Notes: generated by a model from the letters alone, not told the origin. Shown: positions 37,882 through 47,790, counted from the first letter of the stretch. The stretch is DNA of 64,000 nucleotides from Clostridia bacterium (GCA_045615705.1 JAZLFH010000059.1:1499-65498); one strand, 5' to 3'. Made by a program: numbers and translations.

Positions 37882-39252
37882 ATGATGAAAATGAGGATTG
37901 TTAAATCTGTTCCGAAAGAAAATATATATTTTAAAAGTGAAGAAACAGCAAAAGGAAACGCCAAAAGCGACACGGAACTTAATGTAGTTAACATTTTTGA
38001 TGATGTGAAGTATCAGTCCGTTCTCGGTTTCGGTGGTGCTTTTACCGAATCTTCCGCTTATAACTATTCGCTTATGGATGATGATACAAAAAAGGCATTT
38101 TTGACCGCATACTTTGACGAGGAAAACGGAATCGGCTATAATTTCGGAAGAACTCACATTAATTCGTGCGACTTCTCGCTTGATTTGTACTCGTACATAG
38201 ATGAAGGTGATACGGAACTTAAAACATTTTCTGTTGACCGAGATAAAAAGTACATACTTCCGTTTTTGAAAGATTGTTTGGCTTATACAAAGCAGGAAAT
38301 GATACTTTTTTCCTCGCCGTGGAGTCCTCCCGCATTTATGAAGGAAAACAATTCCCGAATAAAAGGCGGAAAACTTTTAGAAAAGTTTTATGACACTTGG
38401 GCAGAATTTATTGTAAAATTCATTCTCGCCTACAAAAACGAGGGAATTAACATTTCCGCAATTTCCGTCCAGAACGAACCTAAGGCAATTCAGCCTTGGG
38501 AAAGTTGCTTTTACAGTGCCGAAGACGAAAAGAAATTTATTAAAAAGAGTTTGATTCCTGCACTTGACAGAGCAAATCTTGATACAAAAATTATCATTTG
38601 GGATCACAACAAAGAGCGTGTTTACGACCGCTCCCGCACAATCTTTTCGGACGAAGAAGTTAAAAACAGAGTTTGGGCAGTCGGTTATCACTGGTACACA
38701 GGCGACCACTTTGAAGGATTAAGGCTTGTTCACGAGCAATTTAACAAACCTCTCATCTGTACGGAATTTTGCAGCACTATGGAGTATGACTTGCTTGAAC
38801 TTGCCGAGCGTTACGGCACCGATATGTGCGAAAACTTCAACAATTTCCAAACCGCTTCTTGTGATTGGAATTTACTTCTTGACGAGTTGGGCGGTCCTTA
38901 TCACAACAGAATTTCTGCCGATATTTCAAAAGAAGCCGAACTCTTGGACCCCAAAAACGGCGGTTGCTACGCACCCATTTTATACGATAAAACTGCTAAA
39001 AAGATGGAACTTACACCTATTTACTACTATATAGGTCATTTTTCAAAATTTGTTAAGCGTGGTGCTGTAAGGATTGCCACAACGAAGTTTACTTCAAAGA
39101 TTAATACCTGTGCCTTTGTAAATCCAAACGGCGAAATCGTTACGGTTTTAATTAACCCTCAAAACGAAGATACCAATGTCGTGCTTCGCCATAACGACAT
39201 TTGCACAGAGGTTTGTTTAAAAGCACATTCAATCGCAACCGTAATAGACTGA
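37882..39252 (+). CDS. glycoside hydrolase family 30 (glucosylceramidase/xylanase-like O-glycosyl hydrolase)
   Basis: A GH30 TIM-barrel plus beta-sandwich pattern (GFGGAFTESSAYN, SPWSPPAFMK, NEP acid/base, CTEFC nucleophile region), 456 aa. Confidence 0.75.
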   Translation: MMKMRIVKSVPKENIYFKSEETAKGNAKSDTELNVVNIFDDVKYQSVLGFGGAFTESSAYNYSLMDDDTKKAFLTAYFDEENGIGYNFGRTHINSCDFSLDLYSYIDEGDTELKTFSVDRDKKYILPFLKDCLAYTKQEMILFSSPWSPPAFMKENNSRIKGGKLLEKFYDTWAEFIVKFILAYKNEGINISAISVQNEPKAIQPWESCFYSAEDEKKFIKKSLIPALDRANLDTKIIIWDHNKERVYDRSRTIFSDEEVKNRVWAVGYHWYTGDHFEGLRLVHEQFNKPLICTEFCSTMEYDLLELAERYGTDMCENFNNFQTASCDWNLLLDELGGPYHNRISADISKEAELLDPKNGGCYAPILYDKTAKKMELTPIYYYIGHFSKFVKRGAVRIATTKFTSKINTCAFVNPNGEIVTVLINPQNEDTNVVLRHNDICTEVCLKAHSIATVID

Positions 39253-39268
39253 TTATAACAGGGTTAAA

Positions 39269-39294
39269 GGGGGTGTCGCAAAATGCGACACCCC
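39269..39294. terminator. palindromic terminator and dispersed repeat unit P (GGGGGTGTCGCA-AAA-TGCGACACCCC)
   Basis: A perfect 12-bp-stem hairpin followed by ACTTTTTT. Confidence 0.6.
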
Positions 39295-39369
39295 ACTTTT
39301 TTCGTAAGTCTCCCTTTTTGCTTGATTTTAACTGTTTTTTGTGCTAATTTATATGTAGGAAGTGATTTT

Positions 39370-39612
39370 ATGATTAAAACTACGGTTTTAATTGACGGAA
39401 TGGATTGCAAACTGTGTGCCTCATTGGTTAACAAGGCTATAAAAAGCAATTTTAAAACAAGGAAAGTTTCTTCTTCATGCGTGAAAAAAACTTCTGTAAT
39501 AAAAAGCGAGCATTCCCTTGATAAAGATAAAATAAAAAAAGTTATCGTGGATTTGGGTTTTGATGTGAAATCTATTGACGAAAAGGAAATAAAGGGTTTG
39601 TTTCGTAAGTGA
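39370..39612 (+). CDS. heavy-metal-associated (HMA) domain metallochaperone, CopZ-like
   Basis: MIKTTVLIDGMDCKLCASLVNKAI carries the GMxCxxC metal-binding motif; 80 aa. Confidence 0.7.
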   Translation: MIKTTVLIDGMDCKLCASLVNKAIKSNFKTRKVSSSCVKKTSVIKSEHSLDKDKIKKVIVDLGFDVKSIDEKEIKGLFRK

Positions 39613-39717
39613 AGATAAAAAATAAAATATTATTCTGTCTTTTGGGAAGTTTTATCTTTGCATAACGGGTATATCTCTTTTTTAAAGCGATAATCCGATT
39701 TAAAGAAAGGTCAAAAT

Positions 39718-40950
39718 ATGGAATACGCACTTATCGGCGAAAGCCTGTCGCACAGTTATTCTCGTGAAATTCACAATAAAATATCAAACTACTCTTACGA
39801 ACTAAAAAGCATCAAAAAAGACGAACTGCCCGCCTTTTTTAATGAGCGTAAATTCAAAGGATTAAATGTAACTATTCCGTACAAAGAAGAAGTCATAAAA
39901 TATCTTGACTTTATTGACCCTTTGGCAGAAAGCATAGGTTCGGTCAACACCATTGTAAATGACGGCGGTAAACTTTTCGGCTATAACACTGACTTTTTCG
40001 GTTTTAAAAGTCTTATTTTAAAAAGCGGTTTTAATTTAGAATCCAAGAAAGTTTTAATATTGGGCAGCGGAGGTACGGCAAAAACCGTTTGTTCTGTTTT
40101 AAAGCATTTAAACGCAAAAGAAACAGTATTTGTTTCTCGTTCTCACGGAAACGGAAAAATTTTATATGATGAAGTATATGATTATTTGGATTTTGATTTT
40201 TTAATAAACACCACTCCCGTGGGAATGTATCCCGATTTTGATATGGTAAATATTGCTCTTTGCAAATTCAAAAATTTAGAGGGCGTTATTGATGTTATTT
40301 ATAACCCAATTTCTTCACCTTTAATTCTTGAAGCAAAAAGGCTTGGCATAAAATGTGCTTCGGGACTTTTTATGTTGATTTCCCAGGCGGTAAAATCTTC
40401 GGAACTGTTTTTGAATACCAAGTTTGAAGACTCGTTTTGCGAAAAAATATACAAAGAGATTAAAAGCGAAAAGGAAAACATAGTTTTAATCGGTATGCCG
40501 TCTTGCGGAAAGACTACTGTCGGGAAAATGCTTTCTTCGGATTTGAAGAAGAAATTTATTGATACAGACGAAGAAATATCAAAATCGGAAGGTCTTACGG
40601 TTCCTGAAATCTTTAACTTAAAGGGAGAAGATTATTTCAGAAAAAAGGAATCCGGTTTAATAGATAACATTTCCCAAAAAGGCGGATTTGTAATTGCTAC
40701 GGGTGGTGGCAGTATCCTTTCGGATAAAAATGTTTTAAATCTCAAAAGAAACGGTGTTCTTATATTTATAGACACTCACAAAGAAAAACTTTTTGCTTCA
40801 AATGACAGACCTCTTTCTTCGAGCAAAGAGGCATTAGATGCCTTATATAAAAAAAGAATTCCCATATATGAAAATGTCTGTGATTACAAAGTTATTCCAA
40901 GCGATGAACTAAAAGAAACCATAGCCTTAATAAAGGAGGTTTTAAGGTGA
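39718..40950 (+). CDS. bifunctional shikimate dehydrogenase (N-terminal) / shikimate kinase (C-terminal) fusion
   Basis: An AroE-like N-terminus (YALIGESLSHSYSREIHN, LGSGGTAK) is fused to an AroK-like Walker A region (NIVLIGMPSCGKTTVGKML...DTDEEI). It is translationally coupled to aroQ. Confidence 0.8.
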   Translation: MEYALIGESLSHSYSREIHNKISNYSYELKSIKKDELPAFFNERKFKGLNVTIPYKEEVIKYLDFIDPLAESIGSVNTIVNDGGKLFGYNTDFFGFKSLILKSGFNLESKKVLILGSGGTAKTVCSVLKHLNAKETVFVSRSHGNGKILYDEVYDYLDFDFLINTTPVGMYPDFDMVNIALCKFKNLEGVIDVIYNPISSPLILEAKRLGIKCASGLFMLISQAVKSSELFLNTKFEDSFCEKIYKEIKSEKENIVLIGMPSCGKTTVGKMLSSDLKKKFIDTDEEISKSEGLTVPEIFNLKGEDYFRKKESGLIDNISQKGGFVIATGGGSILSDKNVLNLKRNGVLIFIDTHKEKLFASNDRPLSSSKEALDALYKKRIPIYENVCDYKVIPSDELKETIALIKEVLR

Positions 40951-41396
40951 AATTTCTTATTTTAAACGGTCCCAATATGAATTTTTTAGGTATCAGAGAA
41001 AAAGAAATATACGGAGAAAAAACCTATGACGATTTAATTTCGTTCATATCGTCTTTTGCAAAAGAAAAAGGCGTAGAAGTTGAGTTTTTTCAGTCAAACT
41101 GTGAAGGTTCAATTATAGATGCCATACAAAATGCGTATTTTTCGCACATTGACGGCATTGTGTTTAACCCTGCCGGTTACACTCACACAAGCATTTCTAT
41201 TTTTGATGCTTTAAAGTCTGTTTCCATACCGACAGTTGAGGTTCATATCAGCGATTTGGAAAAAAGAGAAGATTTTAGAAAAGTTAACTTCATCAAAAAA
41301 GCCTGTGTTCATTCTGTTTGCGGTAAAGGGTTTTTGGGATACACGGAAGCAATAGATTTTTTGATGAACTATCTCGGAGGGAACAATGCAAGTTGA
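40947..41396 (+). CDS. aroQ: type II 3-dehydroquinate dehydratase
   Basis: MKFLILNGPNMNFLGIREKEIYG...HISD...H, 149 aa. Confidence 0.85.
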   Translation: MKFLILNGPNMNFLGIREKEIYGEKTYDDLISFISSFAKEKGVEVEFFQSNCEGSIIDAIQNAYFSHIDGIVFNPAGYTHTSISIFDALKSVSIPTVEVHISDLEKREDFRKVNFIKKACVHSVCGKGFLGYTEAIDFLMNYLGGNNAS

Positions 41397-42564
41397 ATTT
41401 TCACCTTCAAAAGCAGTCGGCGAAGTTTTAGCACCGCCCTCAAAAAGTTATGCAATACGCCTTATATTGGCAAGTGCTTTATCCGATGAAAAATGCACGA
41501 TTAAAGGCTATGCTCCGTGCGATGATATTGATGCTTCTTTATTATGTGCAAAGGCACTCGGCTCCGACATAGAAATTAAAGGCGATACAATCGTTATTTC
41601 AAGAGGCATTCCATCTAAGATTTTTCCCTGCAATGAAAGTGCAAGCGTACTTCGGCTCTATCTCCCTGCATCTGTAATAAAATGCGGCGGTGGTGATTTT
41701 TTGCTTTCAAACAGGCTTTTTGAAAGAGGAATTTCAATATATGAAGATGTTTTAAACGATTGCACCTTTAAAAAGTTCGATAATCACATTTTAGTAAACG
41801 GTAACATCTCATCTAAAAAGTATTTTGTTTTAGGAGATGTCAGCAGTCAGTACATTTCGGGGCTTCTGTTTGCCCTTCCGCTTTTAAAAGACGACAGCGA
41901 AATTATTGTTACAACGCCACTTGTGAGTTATCCGTATGTTAATATTACCTTAGATGTGTTAAAGACTTTCGGCATAAAAACAGAAACATCGGGCAATCGT
42001 TTTTATGTCTGCGGCAATCAAAAATTCAAATCGACAGACACAGAAATTGAAAAAGACTTTTCCAATGCGTCTTGCCTTTATGCATTTAACCATATCGGAG
42101 GGAATGTAAGCGTAAAAGGTCTTAAAGAAAACAGTAAGCAAGGCGATAGTGCGTTTTTTAAATACTTTGACATTTTAAACGGCGAAAATGCGGTAATTGA
42201 TATCTCAAACACGCCCGATTTGGCACCGATTCTTTTTGCTCTGGCATCTTTAAAAAACGGCGGTGAATTTTTGGGCGTGAAAAGGCTTAGAGAAAAAGAG
42301 AGCGACCGATGTCTTTCAATGCAAAAAGTCCTGTCGCAATTTGGAATTTCATCAATCGTGTCCGATGACAAAATGATAATAAAAAAAGGTAAAATAAAAA
42401 AGCCCGATTTACCTGTTTTTTCATACAATGACCATCGAATTGCAATGGCGGTTTCTCTTCTTTTAAGTGTAACGGGAGGATTCTTAGACGGCATTGAAGC
42501 CGTAAACAAGAGTTATCCCAGCTTTTTTAAAGACCTTATATCCCTCGGAATTGATATTAAGTAA
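41386..42564 (+). CDS. aroA: 3-phosphoshikimate 1-carboxyvinyltransferase (EPSP synthase), short form
   Basis: PPSKSYAIRLILASALSD aligns with the PGSKSxxNR EPSP motif. A C-terminal DHRIAMA motif is present. It has 392 aa and lies in the shikimate operon. Confidence 0.7.
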   Translation: MQVEFSPSKAVGEVLAPPSKSYAIRLILASALSDEKCTIKGYAPCDDIDASLLCAKALGSDIEIKGDTIVISRGIPSKIFPCNESASVLRLYLPASVIKCGGGDFLLSNRLFERGISIYEDVLNDCTFKKFDNHILVNGNISSKKYFVLGDVSSQYISGLLFALPLLKDDSEIIVTTPLVSYPYVNITLDVLKTFGIKTETSGNRFYVCGNQKFKSTDTEIEKDFSNASCLYAFNHIGGNVSVKGLKENSKQGDSAFFKYFDILNGENAVIDISNTPDLAPILFALASLKNGGEFLGVKRLREKESDRCLSMQKVLSQFGISSIVSDDKMIIKKGKIKKPDLPVFSYNDHRIAMAVSLLLSVTGGFLDGIEAVNKSYPSFFKDLISLGIDIK

Positions 42565-42566
42565 AA

Positions 42567-42664
42567 GGGGCTGTTTCAAAATGCACTATTTTGCTTCCAG
42601 CCCAAATGTGGGTGTCGCATTTTGCTTTCAGCCAAAAGTGGGTGTCGCAAAATGCGACACCCAC
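42567..42664. repeat. composite palindromic repeat block: unit Q hairpin (42567..42603), degenerate P half (42608..42625), and full unit P terminator (42638..42664)
   Basis: ggggctgtttcaaaatgcactattttgcttccagccc ... gtgggtgtcgcattttgc ... GTGGGTGTCGCA-AAA-TGCGACACCCAC followed by TTTTT. It sits between the convergent aroA and kdgK genes. Confidence 0.55.
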
Positions 42665-42686
42665 TTTTTAGTTAAATTAACAAATT

Positions 42687-43709
42687 TTATCTTTGTACTC
42701 TGCCGGAGCCGTCGCCCTTCATAAGAGTTTCAACTTCCTTAACGCTTACCAAGTTAAAGTCGCCCTCGATGGAGTGCTTTAAGCAACTTGCTGCAACCGC
42801 AAACTCTATAGTTGACTGCATATCGTATCCGCTTAACAACGAATAGATAAGTCCGCCGCCAAAACTGTCGCCGCCGCCTACACGGTCAACGATAGTAATG
42901 TTGTACTTCTTGGACTTGTAAAAGTCTTTTGTATCATAAAGAATTGCCGCCCAGTTATTTTCACTTGCACTTATGCTTTCACGAAGCGTAATTGCAACTT
43001 TCTTAAATCCGAACTTTTCAACGAGTTTTTTGCAAACTTCCTTGTATCCTTCATCGCTTATTTCACCTGCGGTAACATTGGTGCCTTCTGCCTTAATTCC
43101 GAACACTTTTTCCGCATCTTCTTCATTTGCTATGCAAACATCAACATACTGCATAAGTTCGCCCATAACTTTTCCTGCTTTTTCGCTTGTCCAAAGTTTT
43201 TTACGGAAGTTAAGGTCGCAAGAAATTGTGATGTTTCTCTTTTTTGCAGCTTTACATGCTTCAAGCGAAATCTCTGCACAGGAATCTGAAAGTGCAGGTG
43301 TAATTCCCGTAAAGTGGAACCAATCTGCTCCGTCAAAAATCTTGTCCCAATCAAAGTCATCTTTTGTAGCAGTAGCGATTGACGAAAATGCTCTGTCATA
43401 GATAACATTTGATGCTCTCTGAGATGCACCTTTTTCAACAAAGTAAATTCCCACTCTGTCGCCGCCACGAGTGATGTTTTTCGTATCAACGCCGTTCTTT
43501 CTGAGTTCTGCTATGCAAGCATCACCGATAGGATTTTGCGGAAGTTTTGTTACGAAAGATGCATCCATTCCATAGTTTGCCAAAGATACAGCTACATTTG
43601 CTTCCCCGCCGCCAAAAGTTGCATCGTAAGACTGTGCCTGAATAACCCTTTGGTAATTTGGGGTTTGAAGTCTAAGCATAATCTCGCCGAATGTGATAAT
43701 TTTTTTCAT
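42687..43709 (-). CDS. kdgK: PfkB-family sugar kinase, 2-dehydro-3-deoxygluconokinase-like
   Basis: MKKIITFGEIMLRL N-terminus, the GG/ATxxxGAGDxF-type C-terminal motif (VDRVGGGDSFGGGLIY), and 340 aa. Confidence 0.7.
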   Translation of the reverse strand: MKKIITFGEIMLRLQTPNYQRVIQAQSYDATFGGGEANVAVSLANYGMDASFVTKLPQNPIGDACIAELRKNGVDTKNITRGGDRVGIYFVEKGASQRASNVIYDRAFSSIATATKDDFDWDKIFDGADWFHFTGITPALSDSCAEISLEACKAAKKRNITISCDLNFRKKLWTSEKAGKVMGELMQYVDVCIANEEDAEKVFGIKAEGTNVTAGEISDEGYKEVCKKLVEKFGFKKVAITLRESISASENNWAAILYDTKDFYKSKKYNITIVDRVGGGDSFGGGLIYSLLSGYDMQSTIEFAVAASCLKHSIEGDFNLVSVKEVETLMKGDGSGRVQR

Positions 43710-43735
43710 TGTGTTTTCTCCTTTGTATATAATTT

Positions 43736-44002
43736 TTAAATTAAACTCAATAAAATTAAAAGTATAACGCCCGGAAGTCCTAAAATTCCCACAATCAGAG
43801 CCGTTAAATAATTTATTCCTATTGCAATTTTAAATCCGGCTCCGAGTGTGTTAATGATTAAAAGTACAATTCCTCCCAAAAAAGTATTGATTGCAATTTT
43901 TATCAAAAACTTAATAGGTTTTCCGAAAATTTTTAATACAAACAGTACCAAAACAAGTCCCAAAATGAAATAAAGAACATTTAACATATTTATCCTCCCC
44001 AT
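43736..44002 (-). CDS. BofA-like small membrane protein (pro-sigma-K processing inhibitor family)
   Basis: An 88-aa protein with two TM helices; ILGLPGVILLILL resembles the BofA LLGIPGVLAL motif. Confidence 0.45.
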   Translation of the reverse strand: MGRINMLNVLYFILGLVLVLFVLKIFGKPIKFLIKIAINTFLGGIVLLIINTLGAGFKIAIGINYLTALIVGILGLPGVILLILLSLI

Positions 44003-44019
44003 ACATCATACGCTAAAAA

Positions 44020-44634
44020 TTACTCATAAATTCTAAGTATTTTAATCCATTCTTCCATTTCTTTGCTTTCTCTGTACAGGTTCTCTTTCAAATATGCGAT
44101 TATTTCCCGCTTGTTTTCTCTTATATTTCCGTATTCTTTGAAAAACTCAAAAAGAAAACTGTCCAATATTTCTTTTTTATCGTATTCTTTTTTAGTTATT
44201 TCAAAAACGGATGTTGCAATGCTTGGCAAATTCTCTTTTTTTGTTAAAACATTAAGCCCTACGCCTACTATTACATCTTCTTTTATTCTCTCGGTTAAAA
44301 TTCCGCAAAGTTTTTTATTCTTAAAATAGATGTCGTTTGGCCACTTTATTTTAGAGTCTACCGAAATCTTTTTAAGCGTTTTATGTATTGAATTCCCCGC
44401 AATTACAGTAACAAGAGGCAGTATTTCAAGTTCTATATGGGGTTTTAGAAGAATTGAAAAATAAAGTCCGCCTTTCGGTGAATCAAATGTGTGTCCCACT
44501 CTTCCTCTTCCGGCTGTTTGCGTTTTTGCCACGATTACCGTGCCTTCATCAAACTCATCTTTTTTTTCTTTTAGAAATGTGTTTGTTGAGGGAATCTCAT
44601 CTTTATATATAATTCTTTTTTTTATCATAACCAA
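44020..44634 (-). CDS. birA: biotin--[acetyl-CoA-carboxylase] ligase (group I, no HTH)
   Basis: The GRGRVGHTF...GGLYFSILLKP biotin-binding loop (GRGRxGRxW consensus); 204 aa. Confidence 0.75.
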   Translation of the reverse strand: MVMIKKRIIYKDEIPSTNTFLKEKKDEFDEGTVIVAKTQTAGRGRVGHTFDSPKGGLYFSILLKPHIELEILPLVTVIAGNSIHKTLKKISVDSKIKWPNDIYFKNKKLCGILTERIKEDVIVGVGLNVLTKKENLPSIATSVFEITKKEYDKKEILDSFLFEFFKEYGNIRENKREIIAYLKENLYRESKEMEEWIKILRIYE

Positions 44635-45098
44635 TCAACTATAACACAACTCGGTATGTTATTTTCCGTTTCTATAACCGCAAAACTCCTTTTTGTGCCG
44701 CCTCTCGGAAGTGTAGCAGAACCCGGGTTTACCGTAAGTATTCCGTCATAAGTGTTGATTGACGAAATGTGAGTATGCCCGAAAAGGGCTACCGTGCAAC
44801 CAAAACTCTCGGCTCTTTTCGATGCCGTCTTTTCTCTGTAAAGATGTCCGTGTGTATAATATATCTTCACACCGTCAAATTCTACCTTATCTTCGAATTT
44901 TCCGATAGGTCCATCACAGTTTCCGCATATTGAATGTACGGGAATATCAGGGTAAAGGCACGAGAGGTCATCGGCATCTCTTAATAAATCTCCCAAGTGA
45001 ATTATTGCATCAACTTTTCCCATACTTTTGAGTGCTTTTATGCACAAATTAATGTCATTATGAGTGTCAGAAAAAACCAATACTCGCACAAAAATCAC
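44625..45098 (-). CDS. YfcE/MJ0936-family metallophosphoesterase
   Basis: The VLVFSDTHND and HLGDL metal-binding motifs and a GHTH motif; 157 aa. Confidence 0.75.
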   Translation of the reverse strand: MIFVRVLVFSDTHNDINLCIKALKSMGKVDAIIHLGDLLRDADDLSCLYPDIPVHSICGNCDGPIGKFEDKVEFDGVKIYYTHGHLYREKTASKRAESFGCTVALFGHTHISSINTYDGILTVNPGSATLPRGGTKRSFAVIETENNIPSCVIVDWL

Positions 45099-45179
45099 CT
45101 AATATATTGTACACCTTTTTGAAGTTTGTGTCAACAAATGGATTTTAAGAATATAATAATTTAGAAAGGATTGATTTTT

Positions 45180-45440
45180 GTGAATTCTTTATATGATTTT
45201 CTTAAAAATGCAAAAAAAGAGGACATTGCTCTTGCCATTAACTCGGCGAAAGACTTTTTTTCCACCGACAAGGGTAAAAGTGTGCTAAAAAAGGCACAAA
45301 GCGGAACTATAAATCCATCTGACTTATCCTCTCTTGCCCCAAGTGATATAACTAACGACAAAAAGCAAGAAATAATAAAAGAACTTGAAAAAAATCCCGA
45401 ACTTTTAAAAAAACTATCTTCATTTTTTAAACAGGGGTGA
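45180..45440 (+). CDS. hypothetical small hydrophilic protein
   Basis: An ORF with an AAAGGA ribosome-binding site and a GTG start. The region is compact and coding on the plus strand, with no recognisable domain. Confidence 0.35.
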   Translation: MNSLYDFLKNAKKEDIALAINSAKDFFSTDKGKSVLKKAQSGTINPSDLSSLAPSDITNDKKQEIIKELEKNPELLKKLSSFFKQG

Positions 45441-45444
45441 TAGT

Positions 45445-45747
45445 GTGAACTTTGACGAACAACTGCAAAAGGTCTTAAATGACCCCGAAACCATGAATAA
45501 ACTTATGGGTGTGGCAAAAGAACTCGGCGTTGGCGAAAACAATACGCAAGAAAGCGGAGAAAACAGTGCATTAAATTCTATTTTGCCCGCAATTTCCTCT
45601 GTTGGTTCAGATGATAACAGGATAAAGTTGATTTCAGCATTAAGACCGTTTTTGAGCGAAAAAAGAGCACCATACGCCGACAGTGCCGTAACCATTCTTA
45701 AAATGGCAAAACTTTCGGGACTCGGAAAGGACTTGAAACTGTTTTGA
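45445..45747 (+). CDS. hypothetical small protein
   Basis: A 100-aa ORF placed immediately after the previous one; no recognisable domain. Confidence 0.35.
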   Translation: MNFDEQLQKVLNDPETMNKLMGVAKELGVGENNTQESGENSALNSILPAISSVGSDDNRIKLISALRPFLSEKRAPYADSAVTILKMAKLSGLGKDLKLF

Positions 45748-45980
45748 AATTAGTGAGAATGAACCCTGTAATTTCAAGTCGCACTCCAAAATCACCTCCT
45801 CGCCCCATTGATACGCAAAAGACATTTAACTCACTTTTGGATTCATTTAAAGAAGACGACTGGATACTGATTGCAATAATTTTAGTGTTGTTTTTTGAGG
45901 GCACAGACGATTACATTATGCTTGCGGTACTCGGTTATTTATTTGTAATGGGATTAGTTCAAAAAGACGATGCTAAATAG
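45744..45980 (+). CDS. hypothetical small protein with a C-terminal TM helix
   Basis: A 78-aa ORF overlapping the previous stop (ATGA). It ends in the hydrophobic segment WILIAIILVLFFEG...LGYLFVMGLV. Confidence 0.3.
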   Translation: MKLVRMNPVISSRTPKSPPRPIDTQKTFNSLLDSFKEDDWILIAIILVLFFEGTDDYIMLAVLGYLFVMGLVQKDDAK

Positions 45981-47694
45981 CATCGTCTTTTACTGTAAAT
46001 CTTGTTGTAAATTCAGTTGTTCCTTTTTTAATCTCTATAATTACCGAAGGAATTTTTGTTTTGGGGTGCAAAAGGTTTGTGTTGGGTGATGCAGTTATCA
46101 AAAACGGCTTTCCTCCCTCAACTTTACAATAAGAAAAGTTGTTTCTTACTTCAATACAGTTATCCCCATTCGTTGCTGATATTTTTTCGTCTTTCAGTGC
46201 AAACCCGCAATCATACGCCTTGCAGTCATACTCCGATGTAATCTTATGTTTTCTTTCATGCCCCCAAGGTTTGGGAGTTATTTTTGTTTCGACATCAATT
46301 CCTTTAAATGGTGTCCACTTAATAACTATGCTGTTATTATCTGTTTTAGATTCGATAATGCGTCTGTTTTGCATTATAATTCCGTCAATATCAAACACCA
46401 ACATACTGTCGGGCGATGCTTCTTGAATATCGTAGTTTGAAAATGTTACATTAAATCCGAAGAGGGTTGAATAGCAGAATTTATAGTATTTGGGAATCAT
46501 CTGCCCTAAATCTCCGAGTGCAAAAGGTGTCGGATAAGCAAAAACTTGCCCATCTATTCTTTGAGTAATCATTTCCATGTGTTTTATGTATTTTTGCTCG
46601 TCAAGATTAGGCATTTTTTCTGCTTTCACCTTGAAAAACTCGTGATTTTCGTCAAGTGCCAAAAATGCAAATGTTTTTAACGCCCAATACGGTGAACCCG
46701 GAGCGTTATAATGCTCCGACATTATCAAGTTTTGATACTTATAACCTACCGTCAAAATATCAGCATTATCAAATATATCATCATTTTGAAACCAATACTT
46801 TAAGTTCCGGACAATAATTCCCTTCATTACCGAAACAGGATACGGCTTTACATCTGCCAATACGCACATACTCCAAAATGCACATTGGGCAAATCTGTAA
46901 GTCAGTGAGCGACCGTAAGGAATCGCTTCTCCGTTGTCGGAAAACCAATATATAAAGTCTTTCCCGAAGATTTCCGCTCTTTCTTTAAACTTTTTAGAAT
47001 TTACCGGGTCGTCATTTTCCATAACCTTTGCATACAAAAGCGAATAAAAATGCATGGCAAACGCTATGTAGTAGTCTTTTCTTCCGCCTTTCCCGTCCTC
47101 GTACCATCCGTTTCCGAGATACCACGAATCAATAAGTTTTAAATTTTCATCAATTTTGGTTTGGTCATACTTTCTTCCCAATTTTTTTAATGTAATATTG
47201 GTAATTATGTTAAAAAACAACCAATTTATCTTTGGTACTTGCTTTTCGTTGATTTGATACAGCCAAGATGCCACATTATCCTTTTCTTCATCCGAAAGCG
47301 GTTCCCAAAGGATTTTCGGTGCAAGGAGTAATCCGTAACAAATTCCCGCCATTTCGACAAACCTTTGGTCAAAATCATGGCAATCGCCCCAATATTCGTT
47401 ATTCTTTTTATCGGTACCCGAAGCCAATCCCTTTACATACATTTTCGAAAATCCGCCATCTTCACAGTTGCACTTCCAAAGCGGTGCAAGTCCCCATAGC
47501 GGTCTTCCCCACGCTTCAAGTTGTGATGCTTCTGTATCATAGTGTGCGGAAAAATCACCAAGGTCCACTCTTGCGTAGTTATCTGAAAACTTTTCTTTTA
47601 AAGGCTCCAAGAGATACAGCAATAAATCACAAAAATCTTTTTTACTCTCTAATTTCATAAAATTTTCTCTGTTAATCCGACTCATTATAATCAC
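45973..47694 (-). CDS. DUF2264-domain protein (carbohydrate-utilisation-associated, glycoside-hydrolase-like)
   Basis: The 573-aa protein contains WYLGNGWYEDG and the W-rich pattern of DUF2264. The start is uncertain (47694 or 47658). Confidence 0.55.
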   Translation of the reverse strand: MIIMSRINRENFMKLESKKDFCDLLLYLLEPLKEKFSDNYARVDLGDFSAHYDTEASQLEAWGRPLWGLAPLWKCNCEDGGFSKMYVKGLASGTDKKNNEYWGDCHDFDQRFVEMAGICYGLLLAPKILWEPLSDEEKDNVASWLYQINEKQVPKINWLFFNIITNITLKKLGRKYDQTKIDENLKLIDSWYLGNGWYEDGKGGRKDYYIAFAMHFYSLLYAKVMENDDPVNSKKFKERAEIFGKDFIYWFSDNGEAIPYGRSLTYRFAQCAFWSMCVLADVKPYPVSVMKGIIVRNLKYWFQNDDIFDNADILTVGYKYQNLIMSEHYNAPGSPYWALKTFAFLALDENHEFFKVKAEKMPNLDEQKYIKHMEMITQRIDGQVFAYPTPFALGDLGQMIPKYYKFCYSTLFGFNVTFSNYDIQEASPDSMLVFDIDGIIMQNRRIIESKTDNNSIVIKWTPFKGIDVETKITPKPWGHERKHKITSEYDCKAYDCGFALKDEKISATNGDNCIEVRNNFSYCKVEGGKPFLITASPNTNLLHPKTKIPSVIIEIKKGTTEFTTRFTVKDDAI

Positions 47695-47748
47695 CGTTTT
47701 TTATTATAGACTTGGTCGTATCGTTTGTCAACAATTTATAAATTTGCA

Positions 47749-47790
47749 CAAAAAAAAGCAGGCTTTATTATATAAAGCCTGCTTTTAAAG
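47749..47790. terminator. bidirectional intrinsic terminator downstream of tuf
   Basis: AAAAAAA-AAGCAGGCTTTATTATATAAAGCCTGCTT-TT. Confidence 0.65.
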
